Source of the DNA: Candidatus Cloacimonadota bacterium
GTDB taxonomy: Bacteria > Cloacimonadota > Cloacimonadia > G963667145
Length of the DNA stretch: 64,000 bases
Reading direction: 5' to 3'
NCBI GenBank assembly: GCA_963676615.1
Contig: OY781092.1
Span: 1,506,357-1,570,356, forward strand
Shown in pieces: positions 48,001 through 48,477 of the stretch. The notes under the pieces are model-generated. The model saw only the letters and a list, made by a program, of their open reading frames with translations, ran no database searches and was not told the DNA's origin. A program made the translations under genes and the position numbers. The stretch's first letter is position 1, and each line of letters starts with the position of its first letter.

Positions 48001-48161
48001 GAAGTGCAACCGTAGGAACGATTGAAAAAAATGTGGTGATAGATTGCACTATCAAAGCGAAAACAGGCACAACCAACTGCGACAAAATCGCAGGGGTTGT
48101 TGGGGCTGCCACTCTCTCCGAGAACTATTTTAATTCGACAGAGCTCGAGATTACGCCATAA
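15033..48161 (+). CDS. Giant (11,042 aa) surface lipoprotein: fibronectin type III-like domain array plus C-terminal GLUG-type repeats
   Basis: Uninterrupted 33-kb ORF with an AGGAG RBS and signal MKKILLALFLFISIFVG-C (alternative start 15060). Recurrent ~100-aa units P.....A[ST]KG...D.I...W...Y..YR...D....G..Y.Y.V.A...S..DSG[WFY] run to about nt 40290. They are followed by Gly-rich [VA]GG[LI][VA]G repeats with F.G.[FL]DG.G and G.G...PY.I motifs. Confidence 0.9.
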   Translation: MGAYSRQRKMKKILLALFLFISIFVGCTMNPEKDISSPNASASRGLYDDKIVVQWEGVSGVSQYEVCRSAVNSNNFYDDYDAIGTVTGTRYEDASPNLIPGKLYYYKVRSISGDTKSLPRRTPAIGQLKVPDLENVEVSKGTFDNQIGVTWTVPRKIIRGASEGLLGYALINYSDNEKNVTTNSVRIPFSELKGSEGQSFEDQIIRGKVYYFKTQIVVIDGEETGSEGTAIDSGWTTVSSPAMVYATKGEFSNKIQITWDEVFGIQGYEILYSDDDGASYEHLVDISTVMAEFDEQEYVWDGPIKGKEYRFRVICVDRNGEATGPNSGEDTKNKEGVYNNLGYTQYAQPIINEVTKDSVDYVRIKVTTEKPEAGERLVVQLYRRALGSEVVEKLQDATAMVTTTAGNGTATLEDNTFTGNIPGRKYYYSVTVYKDDGGKVVGESKRSVDQDGWSAIEPPFNISATRGKDSVVVRWTKVQYAKSYIVLRQDFNTKEWTELPPIETNPNVDEMSLVEDKYDIESGVKYIYKVRSKNDVESADSKFDSGWIKILPPTQFRSVGVYLNYVQLEWELVNHARRYMLYRKVKDDPGAFVAIDTVSGETGSYQDTGLAEATEFLYQIQTESEIPSLLAGQEYEMSDRALIESSAKTLLPAPVLDSASHNLKDEIVLYWRTKPGQLYNVYYEDETGGWVDVATGISDSTVTLQPGIIDLTFGRVYNFVLTTTKGDAWGESDRSNKVESYMRLDSAFNLEAGKDNETKITLTWEVIPNSGAEYYQVYKTTTEDSLNFTPLAAVKKGTQIRYTYNDESKSLNSKYKYLYKIKSFRSDYARVEPEDLRFSNVDTGWVTIQPPYFDRASLAIDNDTIKIYFKENSSGTYRIYYRESRDGEDLFFKQIETEDATNLGNSNYSYTIATYKGASVTGGIDCDSGQVLYFAMSSYGLGRESKKTEFKPGFTIIPTPEFNPGATKGEANKIEVKWNPLKIADNTIRYQVFRINTQNDEELYTVENNNGIFLDQGEDLREGFKYTYRVRAINTTAEIAVQTAYPEESLESTQSNFSDTTTGYSKLMPVLDLRATGPEGTAINEKVDVTWDPKGDRVSYVIARSLQSPIKWDTIFSGSSATGEFEDLTAEGNKIYYYKVAVSTEDYPKIVAVCDSVVGYVRPLPPANVEASKAKYADKIEVTWKKPLLVTAYQICRYNELGDSTIMSRDTAEVITRNDSVFFGDSQVEKGYSYTYKVKAISGDMGETDYSDISDDYKRKKATGYTKMPTVENIVATKGEYEDSIVITWDDIPVANNYLVQRSRVGATSSSDTIQKSTTNNRWVALKGEGLVDGQKYEYRVAAQKGTNLSHNWQADFDEGWLMLAGPTNVKASKGLPDSIIVTWDTLRTVTDVQEYQVWKKAKANAGEQDQELASGLSPQTKSWVFHASEDEKGASIGFYIKAVSAEFGTSANSEVAKGYTELEPVTEFKASPCAPDSVLGNSIILTWSTSKTSDSTIIEKMVGNQWQLLKTFDATVLDYKDLGLTEGREYRYRAQAKKRHEDGNELYSDYVYADATISIPLISFDTITKSKYLSDVELTWKGLQSGKELRFEIFVFQNEADYSTNSNVYDTLKVEENSKSYYRFKHNTVSASPGKFMSGTKYYYKIRTQTTPGGIWSELTQPEDGKPSYGWAKTPAPSMSLVSKDSIAAIYLEWNPNSAAKKFEIERYFKYPDKEAVKTYLVNENSFKDVQNLFTGHEYGYKLRAINENCENDTSAWTVELVGMARLLPPIGVTASDGTLEDTILVTWDTPKNASNPSYGATIYKVYRSQIKDPEKMSLLGDTILTNWDSNSSKTITFVDELTTKELGKMYYYGLKSQVGAEVSEMSIIDSGWAKIPAPIFTKITARDGGFKLEDDSIRVQWQDPSVLSLGSITYEIEYRIGEATAVSMSGIAEGSTEKALYIAPDERFNKIYVRIRSDRETFGKSMWSQWVETYTNMPKPVIRDVIVSLTTVGRSVRVNYICPNDWVDSVYFYREKAGEPDAAYLVKVIPNAGANVPAEFYDEKGLTMYQKYAYRVKFYKGLTGFSEASDTICVTTPVLPPDNLDATEGEYEDMVLLTWDGVSGNTVEKLSYNVYVDSTLTGSFPNWKNNNAKTAKRISLPGSPAQIPEFEVQYGVKYPTNIGVSGGEWFSLERGRNYAFAVSTNPNFNNFDEVNVSDVSEIAIGYARISTPEMISASKGEYSDKIVIKWKASNAYKHNELVDYQIYRTNLTTGVVDSSLVMKASDLNISNDTVTIEQEAQVYDLSPKVKYSYTVKALMGVDGNRTVAHASLMSPVPYSGWLAMPAPEEFRASDGISTDSIYLQWSNDDKFITQLYASYDLATLWSNQISTTQDSHYTVQILKKEDQGRYRHFGAKFYDPAFGSSKPSSTCQDSGFALFDGVQITSVSKGEYLDTIKIVWPETPNAAYYDVQYLEKGTSNWSTEINVPVQEYKIKSFNGTNRGKAFYVRVRATNDIVRFLADEGYGPTDSGFTQLDTVFGFSATKGEIPDTIALAWSEITNATSYKIYRSTAIDGEFIQKNATSDLKYEDHELSLNYGEVYFYKVLAVNELTETLPEAYQNYSRVDSGWIDIPQPQNVTATKGTYKNRIKLTWDVLQRVEGYIVDTAQENDVDEYGVLDTIRPASQGELNAYVDELPGGKFKRGVRYFFKVRAFYENVASSLIYANQDNGYIPLNIPTNVKASKGTSDSTIFVSFLASDGLLGIDNYVIQRRSKLSGDTTEVSLSSNTFGYSTNEDTIKIEDRNSLQPSKGYVYDYRVRSRIGSITSDWSAWSDYGWLNLRPLEIRVANEEDSLMTDSIKVAWDTEASQFKAVNRLDIYYDTVALSADGDWKDKLVVDDMDELDKGYIMITTQNNANFLPATMYCFRAKSCRFEDAIEISSAFSALDSGWYKLRAPKITYASIGESADTITIRWERQADLPHGSAAEMEYVISRGSTKEFKRLVNVDFYNDTLEIEPGVSHIYTVTAVHPRYLSSVASAPKRGYAKLLPPILTEVKADNQASQMKIEWVYPLEDLDEIDSFYLYRKTAYDDPENTPVYSTNAVAGTETYTWVDDDCTLGQEYFYYLRAFKAGMIISDTSNVMSDVLKLIVPSITSASRGEYTNKIDIAWTGTKDAKEYVIYRSQTPSFDVIDTVDTVAALPTSYLDDNNGVGLADGEIYYYKVASKRDKNISEKSGYYGGYTKLITPEITELSQNTEKIKLKWSKEGGNANSSGEVFVGEDLEVLSPEDSTTLQQDSTTDLISAFASGALWFVKGKEYYAKVRASITKTNIVMISGGSQESFEIVSDFSGTKKFFSKLENPVLTVHSGKLDTLLIEWNRMDGDVVSNIDVEWTEKDNPAPDTLRTTFINDGTDSTGRIKVAYTGADKLLPAVVYNFRIKFKRGLVTSDWSETEEGWTKLPAPENLVVSKGDYEDSLRFRWENYRGNTDTLQDSTYKYQIQFYDGSNFVNLEGGAITDKADFYDVTLSMKNILTRGVMTQFRIKGDVDPASSVLAQSNNLSQDSGFTRLMTPISSGTLSKGLEGKIEIEWETNLVDNATIQAYKNLGVEYQIERRKSGDEFMDYILASVDSLTKITYDDKAGLDPRDIYYYRMRFFSQVYYDRYSDVKKATSPWVVIDDSGSVKMNPPKLKVNEEGEFFTDKVELKIERALGSDSAYLYRDLNNDKNFEIIDTIKYGSSVAQGGYLFYKDEKDIESGNCYTYYAVALSGSRKSSDGQKLQTFTRLEAPENVRASEGEFDNKIVVKWDTVSRAEGYKIRFYEVLTDKLVDSAEVNNQDSVKILKAVLLKNIKVGQVYRFSVAAWNNISVYQGKKIYSESNSAEGFLKFTLPEYVTLSQDSVGFIKLQIGYPEPGFDLFIYRSANKATKAGELEKWSDYTKISVNLTYNDAEKEYVCRDILSTTGGVEGVQYAYMVQAYKSGMLNAISDTFKTYIENETGEKTGWSKAGVYRGAITATQGIYQDSIVVVWDDSEDKEFVDSVQYEWVEYNRETGKAQDSSITADTTVTRRSQSLLPESKVKNGYKYQYKLRKKFYDADDNLYTTSEISTINAVGWATMEKPTIRLTKNAAGDLVVEQQKNNNKFQVYKSVNGAESVLAATIEQGGQYVDSVVYDKHNIGKAVEYKIKTINTYTGLESAFSDAVDTFYMIYSPKYAAASQGEFTDRVEVEWQWGSARPALVDSFVVTRYDLANGDTKRFAFAGVDGARLEYRGSLPMGTDTCLFADKDVKQGVSYQYSIKSMRVNPGIDTRISPDSATATGYAKFAAPTNLSATENQKEVLITWDSIRNQGTVENFVIFYNTTEEGTYSQLQSLGTNVAPEDTFFTDTEIPQGTVRWYKVAAFNEISQEGAFAGPVRGYALMEPISGVKCWRGESTDTIKVTWSTLPVYESYYVEWSLSKETNADGRFTNRLDKRGSFTNSNYKADSVIIPIVPDSLRGRKIYVQLWAQNEYGGSEPVLDSGYARLRPPANFSVSKGTELDSIEFTYAKRIGSNAESYNIYASTNKQESQQPTAAAIKIEGYNGIDTTIEVDPNTEGYYYYASVQAVSDLENASSDFAVDSGYSQIPVVSDFGIEALSSGDIELSWIPVDIGAETDSVKYNVYRSRNNGTFYLIADNYYSEPAQGKIRFVDNTCEPGDLFEYYVVSEASQRPTEFRVISDTSEHKKTSAQIGFVSGFEQDTSYFSSALVNLKWKQRGDIDSYYIYRSSFADTAKATEIKVEIANGNFYYSDASSAVSDSSGMLWHYWIRARKNGNFGNWTPVDDQQGLLAYTRPAKTSIVEASQGVSSDTIRVVWNKVDFVSNYVLQYRVENSTEWSDIESIADTFYTLMRNRENLQDGVRYDFRVYSVIEKDAQSPKGSDNGYYGREMTSEPSDIEKGFVKFEKIKNFIFQSADDSIKSDTIQLTWEKLAATEIVYTLYRNTIENEAGAQEIGKVKDVGSYLDIRNPGGTVPEGGKEYYYWITAGKNTLAGSTSDKQAVSVMNGASPVEGSYAWCLLEEAENVWASGKMKATGGDNDASVTYSDSIVIKWDSVPNATTYALQEKRNEGNWTNITGAGNVADTQFVWSRTTDAQKGIIYQFRVAAQNNLCGTNNPVYSEPVNGFAKLSTPREVEAYQKENENGIFLRWQPIDNAQKYVVYQTEDLAKGFNKLLEVLDDGTDTKIDTVDLEPLPGTRRWYVVRAFNSATGGSDTSEIVDTVCPILPPENLNATKGESESEVVLTWKLNDRTAGVSGFYVYRTKPGMAGGAAFSQVDSIGVVTNFTQTAGVATFRDKLGDEVKNGADTTRSGVKYLYAVKTFKNDEISEFTPTAEQDTGWIALPQISGLSVPVVKADDNFVLKWNKGKDVKKDINYVYKRIRYKAGNLDTVYQYEENYSVISDTTATDAQGLENGMGYQYFVKAFNSEYVDESNPEIWESSDNRGLVSEEWSEGVFTGRKFAKPVMQVERNKDSLKVDSIYIAWELNKNATNFIFEIDTVATFNSPSKDERTQDDPNGDFESFYYTLQGGLLKTQVYYFRMKMENQEFNNDIWDSLTSVWSEPDSGWSKLVPPLNVAASDDLVDSILVTWDKWNWKDSVEYQVDYISGIGMPGFEKTYGSSLQYRSPYTEGANIITVTAKHAKFGNSAPSEAVQGVGKLPSPEFTPGKEPTKGDYLDSIYFEMDETSGGLSEVDIRYRIFVSQDSTSDEISSASPDAGNYIESTSEKIALKLDDGFYANQYGKKLYIRIAWAIGTDSELFSQKSKLDSGWTKLKAPTALSVRELGAPDDTTSIGIRWNPSVNADSTVIYRRRYESGDDFAPIDTIDSETTEFIDYLPMDDRTKTYEYKVQAVNSLPNTQSALSKGVASYVPSIYELENFVATKGKKVDTISFSWSGNLDSIYTIQVFDENPENNSTPEPVVVLNGLKESDANNWDVTEDNCQSGRWYYFKLYLNGDENKPESLRFYVVDSGYAGMGEIDRAWVEVTNDTSEIDLNIMGSNVGDSAFSRFDVTNAMAYDWISKAYLSRQNNQTGVYTRIDTLDAENLIYTDRFTTGFGKIYDYRLEFINQIEPGRTVDYKTFTTLRKPSNVAWQASTLAKDEIEVRVTNPTGVNGTIDSIVLYRSAPSNAGEIDTLIYAYTAGLNTNALVDTKILQRGLFYFYTAAFYSKTTGLSRVSDQEARAYAKLTSPQFISVSDGINKDTIFLKWNKIENAVNGYTLYRDTSEAGDWATREVVATLDNNTDTTFDDETDYEQCKKIYYRVVANGYDTTSVFDECETGIGSRAFRGVTDFAGVGIPKVDTMSFTFSLPQGVALDGTTSYPYFKKGVKLMRYTKFDSINSISNDFAVKEDSISVVQSGNTYTVTDKSKPKLKELYYYRVILRVSGSSGETDLSNYALGYLKPPVVENVTATAGTKVDTVLIKWDKLPKESVIEDTVTSYILVRNDKNGVEIDRVTLGGSDSTFKDYNGNSFAEPFEPGKDYTYYVLANVEFTRGGTAYSINSEKSEVADGWAEMQPLSAEEIEVTKGNIDDIDKEFAPQVGTDTTLTIKLTAIKAYQKYIIVYRKVDDSSNNFQRIDSIAGENIVDFTDTIVKAGQILRYRFRIGNDHLSSNYADTLAYTNLRPVTKLEKVSTTKDYVQIKVFAASSTKNAKVDSVMLLRSDETGVVLDTAIHEGFTGDFALIKDSAGNQGQKYTYQAALFNNSTGYSPFGTSDVSLGKDISAPTILNVYEGAREDTIKITWSMVDGAVKGYRVYRDSTGGTGLNDGDYDSLYQTPASPAFEFATDTFYSDKTEYPAGKKIYYKIVAIGKDKMSARSAAGFGYLKYGGIKDLKAFEWPKKGKIDTMSLSWSISNNITYDSIFMARLSEVNYVDSVDTLNKHLIPQSQMKKNIGEGEYEKIGDYDLYTYNSTSDDLLIGQLYFYRAKVRVSGSWSDFSNVAIGYLEMPKVNNVRATRGVGDSIVVTWDSVPHAKEDSVDYYTVYRYTSDGSAPGEARVSGNTKRFVDYTGDESPFNQTEKGREYNYAVIAFMQIDQDTLAGATTSNFEKSLKGPESDKYMGYSIPDSAYFVEISKGTTEDSIVITYHSPAYVDEVSLYRKGSEETSWSADAYASLDIGMAVEEGVAVDKNIEYGKKYDYKILVKKGDNSVWSKVDSGWSRLRRPDSVKILVNGRYSNEIKLQIFTSNQDINVDSIIVYKEAVSSGQIDTTVWAKPSIVQGSYVLGDTVDIQQGLFYQYSVAFKNEIGTSLTRKEKTGKAFAKLDIPEWNSISRNEYVDKIELNWSMNKDAYRGYRVWVDTVSGTNGTNPENYEIRYENSQTNDCSQDTTFSDDRVYVPGKMIYYKIQAMGYDTVSEMSDFDFGTCKYEGVKNLSFDGPKVDSLRFTWSVPTTIANPSFVFYKFDSVETVDSLNDKYKADIMPYGANGSYYFVETPAQEDLLIGNLYFYRCIVTVSGVESNPSNVAFGYLDMPEVEGLSATKGGVYAEGNTLTPYKDSIVLTWSRMNHVVNDSVSYYQITRFAGDKETGLSMQLDNGKDTSFVDKVGAMKFGEKTERGQLYRYVIQAYYDISEDTSSAATAPPFETKLVSPAIDTVLGYTYPDSVNLVSASKGTYEDTIRVSYTSGKHADSIVMQRKGSNGIWTRIGTLDEMESRTNPRTFVDKSVALRAGENYDYKATVYVQGLKRESNIVSGYTRLGSPKNLEFVRTSQYSYVAGKEDTSGINIRWNKEPDGDGYIVYFDTVNPVRLAEADSVTITSDADTTYFWTPSEFKNSQDSILQYYIVAKTYMNDASGGKQYSELSNVAEGAVVSKSVRGLSAAYNPAVGVEQIQVQWDSLPKGYETSEVQRYDVYQAMNSKVNSAFSLVTSQNSRVAKKVGVDTSLTPAGNVFYYKVMVRYNNAKDSSVYSAMSEPVYPPLGDLGLEVSKDSAQMFVYFNEIANVNEYRIYKAVDTLPELRNPVATLTDISGIVTDGRAKWTDAAAEEGKIYYYAIEVRKTFPVDEVDFTISTTTGFDLNSAKYGYIKSEITVVDFNFCAGGIEISWPSSEANFPIGLNPRNYTLSRREKGASSSASVDISSKIVRTQIGATQDSLCTVQDTTGLYGTPLTDGKAYEYVLKSEIKSKIEGNSMYIKSPKMTMSYFYDWNRDSVSTNRNYVGSPGTYEDRLELKFSKFLPSRPSQDYDTIGITPDTVSYYKITRYPQSGDIEEGSEANITVSQLGEEEDVETGEVVYVFSDDATSSVFGNPVSGESYSYAVQAVLDYTKGTEFESAILNNADSSASYIKIAAMTLIKAEEYKENDRIEGAKIVWEATTGADAYVISRDTSSSFNSPEVATVSGGALLQGDTMFIDYNLPKVNNTGNNSPLGKLKMGYTYYYSVQKQMGDPAAPVTSDRSNYKSYTHGIKNGEYIVSNWVDFNDLAEQYNDGEITGSITVKLLNDLTFSSNTDSLLPLGNQAYPFQGTFDGQGHTINIEAIEDNHANVGVFGKIKDASVSNLIVNYNVGIAGAADYAGGLVGQIEGISKINNVKMNIAADFTADIAVGGMIGGGDGAINASGDTVSINGTMSAGVYAGGFAGKVVGTTEIDSCQVTANSVSVTGGSESFVAVGGMFGQFHGRIENSAVEVATQIAAGVNSKKCYAGGLVGYEEQTGSVYKTSTVGVISSGVSAGNASSTRAAAGYFIGYSRAALIDEINITAVLPVAAVASGEACAGGLVGKFENIAGSIDAVSLTLAGDISANSASGDAYAGMVVGKAEKISQNSIGKDGVTSVFSGGSKNLKATANNGNAYLGGVVGSISATSFKGLKVEDVNFLTEGAQKAYVGGIAGKEEQAGSAYDSVVVAVTVTFGESLNNADTLVVGALAGSSKMASLARTHILANIELNTGFSGKSVIAGGLCGEIDNIAFAIPNTDLTLNSFAIKAGAKSKIGAIAGKANVSNFLTDENTLADINFTEMEVGEGSYVGGLYGDLSLVGGATPFDYKAPVEITLTANGYNSQRSYVGGLIGRFESTLSKSLADTSNAGVNLTLSGDGITAGGLVGLSQDATLTGCRVKAALSGSEDDVTLGGIIGEMSGNSYLRKSSAREGVTLVDAQKAGSLVGKMNVSTLAGIKNSFSYNIAANNIDTLGLLVGEMTSGKIEASYSLNCKAVNATVVGDFVGVMNGGTIANSYAAKANQENVCGKYVAGDTAGAVTAENQIFLSDIILSKAEWALDSTFSYPYLVENKYEVSTLYNDLKMNKNAQNQYEITKPIQLDAIGDVRLKGGDYTKLGDLSEGLRLNNNYIIKNNLDFSGYTGYTPVGYDATNPFVGDLDGNFKNVRNIEITGTQNTGIFGYSTGNVSKLRVVGATVDAVDKSAVVCGEMAGGSFDRIELDSSTININTGSGAGVVGLISGGTLSNVLTRFNKIEALSNVGVISGKMTGGRVLKAVSVVDSAGSSVGNAGGVASQASGNATIDSCFMVTKVLSGKEVYKVAEKGSSTTFRGNYSVAETKMVENGNDRWYMGIDPTSDQGGNVFFSMFKEFFDSDSHGFNAPDWQCDDYARVYPFLLDFEGAEMQQLPVDALESPAKIENRVMTINSLEGLAFIEGSLSEVDTIKLAANLEFTEDDDFSLGEGNFDPITKFEGIEFNGQGHYIKGMKINANKVNMGFVQVMENSTIKNLGLIECEVIGGSSTQSLGGLAGKTGLGTNTIVDVYVGSGRFVATNAQNVGALLGQLGAGGDVSWIIALNNTVKAKTNAGGLIGYATEGSVSNSVVAADTLSATNTSRVVNSAGATLSDNYGWNGNEKGNDPGLANENGATFTFSELLRKEFYSSKLDFIGRTAWSWDDADIQNWRCMPNLSQMTAADCEPAVVRFTKGTQGTESIPYGIESLNQLELLQAFPKGLFFELKENLNFQTADYDVDDDEDNGNWLPITQFESNGDCFDGHLDGNGYSIKGMKVHDQNNPVAGTYGVGLFGQCDPGVDIQNLSLYDFEVSAKYSSYARCAALVGKISTLSSSEKSVFKNILVKNSTIRSTGSAAAIVCYVATNIEIDASLLFAIQNSVSSSSGNRASGIAFTVNISSTKPYSISSSIAINDSVASQSGVAKRISANQYVTFSNNYAFRRTYVDGTQLPTEGTSTDQNGKPTSLLALNKSFYPTKLGITYDENFRWPDVADQKKVYHPVGKNVPNTIDSGYLNLANFEIDSDPNTFSDGTGISGDPYIVRTETDLNNMRYGVEMDYQLGNNIEITSTLTEPIGTAALPFQGNFDGNGYAIDGFSYDVQENGVSGLFGVIKSEVGSSIRNLALTNFTMSASGKNNIGILAGVDSTEEAVANTYSNILIYNGKVTGATSGVGGLFGDAPSAIIENVIVAGEGYYSSNYAGGIVGKDAKSIKNSVVIVDTIRATASNAGRITGEKLNICENVYSWYFTEAWEGGTLYDPRNPNTGIYGDNAFVTDFVDTTWWEDLGFKFSGDNSMWKLEHIDDQQVVPALKHMTDDTLTVPGLKLGIIAAGQKVITKPSHLNILHVGISDSFLYYPNESIDLRDWEDDWRLDLNGDDAGNWNPIATFKGNINSYGCGIIGLDVQKTVEGKQGFIAKLEGNVGKIGIYKSTFTTTEPNVTQGAIAAVVNYTDDFIRNLWSVGNTFSGGTTVGGVIGEAENTRTGSADRLRWLSAKNTIKDGTTIGGVVGKTNTNLYGLACMGNTIEPTSTPTINAIRGEGSTNVSLSDAGFTTIGGATLPEGGLDTDPNGQVFPVDDLDQTVWQDFFDMSNASSFTNQVADGRHYPTLKNVSLEIDNGKLEYFSGGSGAQGDPYLIATPADLKAIGKEQFVRKSYYFEQTQDIDMSGEEDFWPIGLSTTTNPDNPGNLSVGFVGSYNGNMYQIYGLHNCVDSKSGLANIGLFAKGGGSFKIENIVLDSATFVGTSSNVGTIMGYALPATIKNCRVTKSSVTGTNNVGGVVGLGEGTNGRLEQCLVIGTTINLNANGNTNAAGGLIGSATVGTIEKNVVIDCTIKAKTGTTNCDKIAGVVGAATLSENYFNSTELEITP
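33330..38168 (+). repeat. Three-fold intragenic super-repeat of five FN3-like domains (~538 aa each)
   Basis: Equivalent Leu codons (LRKP, LRPV, LRRP, LGSP) at 33330, 34947, 36561 and 38169, with spacings of 1617, 1614 and 1608 nt. Shared motifs include K[KM]IYY[RK], K[VI]D[TS][ML].[FL], and VSG...SN.A.GYL. Confidence 0.8.
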
Positions 48162-48182
48162 AAATTTCTAGGCTAAGTAAGC

Positions 48183-48213
48183 AGGGAGCAGCGAAAGTTG
48201 CTCCCTTTTTTTT
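48183..48213 (+). terminator. Rho-independent terminator after giant gene 1
   Basis: AGGGAGCAGC-gaaa-GTTGCTCCCT stem followed by a T-tract, about 20 nt after the stop. Confidence 0.9.
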
Positions 48214-48316
48214 GTGCAAAAATTGTGCAAAAGTCGTTTATTTTTGTGTTTTTGCCAAACCTAACTGTCTATTTTTGAGTAAAAAAAGATTTGTGGGCAA
48301 TTTTTGGGAAAATTTG

Positions 48317-48345
48317 TTGACAAAGTTCGTTGCCTTCATCACTTT
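48317..48345 (+). promoter_or_regulatory. Candidate promoter of giant gene 2
   Basis: Perfect TTGACA, 17-nt spacer, CACTTT; lies downstream of the terminator and ~130 nt upstream of the start. Confidence 0.4.
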
Positions 48346-48477
48346 ACTGCAGATAGGGTTATATTGGGATGTTTGTAGATATGTTTAGCGCTCTATTTTA
48401 TAACTGTTTGATTTTGAGTAATTTGCCTGCATCCAGCAGGCAGCAATATAAAATTTTTTTGAAGTTTAGGAGACACT

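Noticed and set aside
15606..48112. Short ORFs nested within giant gene 1
   Set aside because: Alternative-frame or antisense artefacts with no protein-like motifs.
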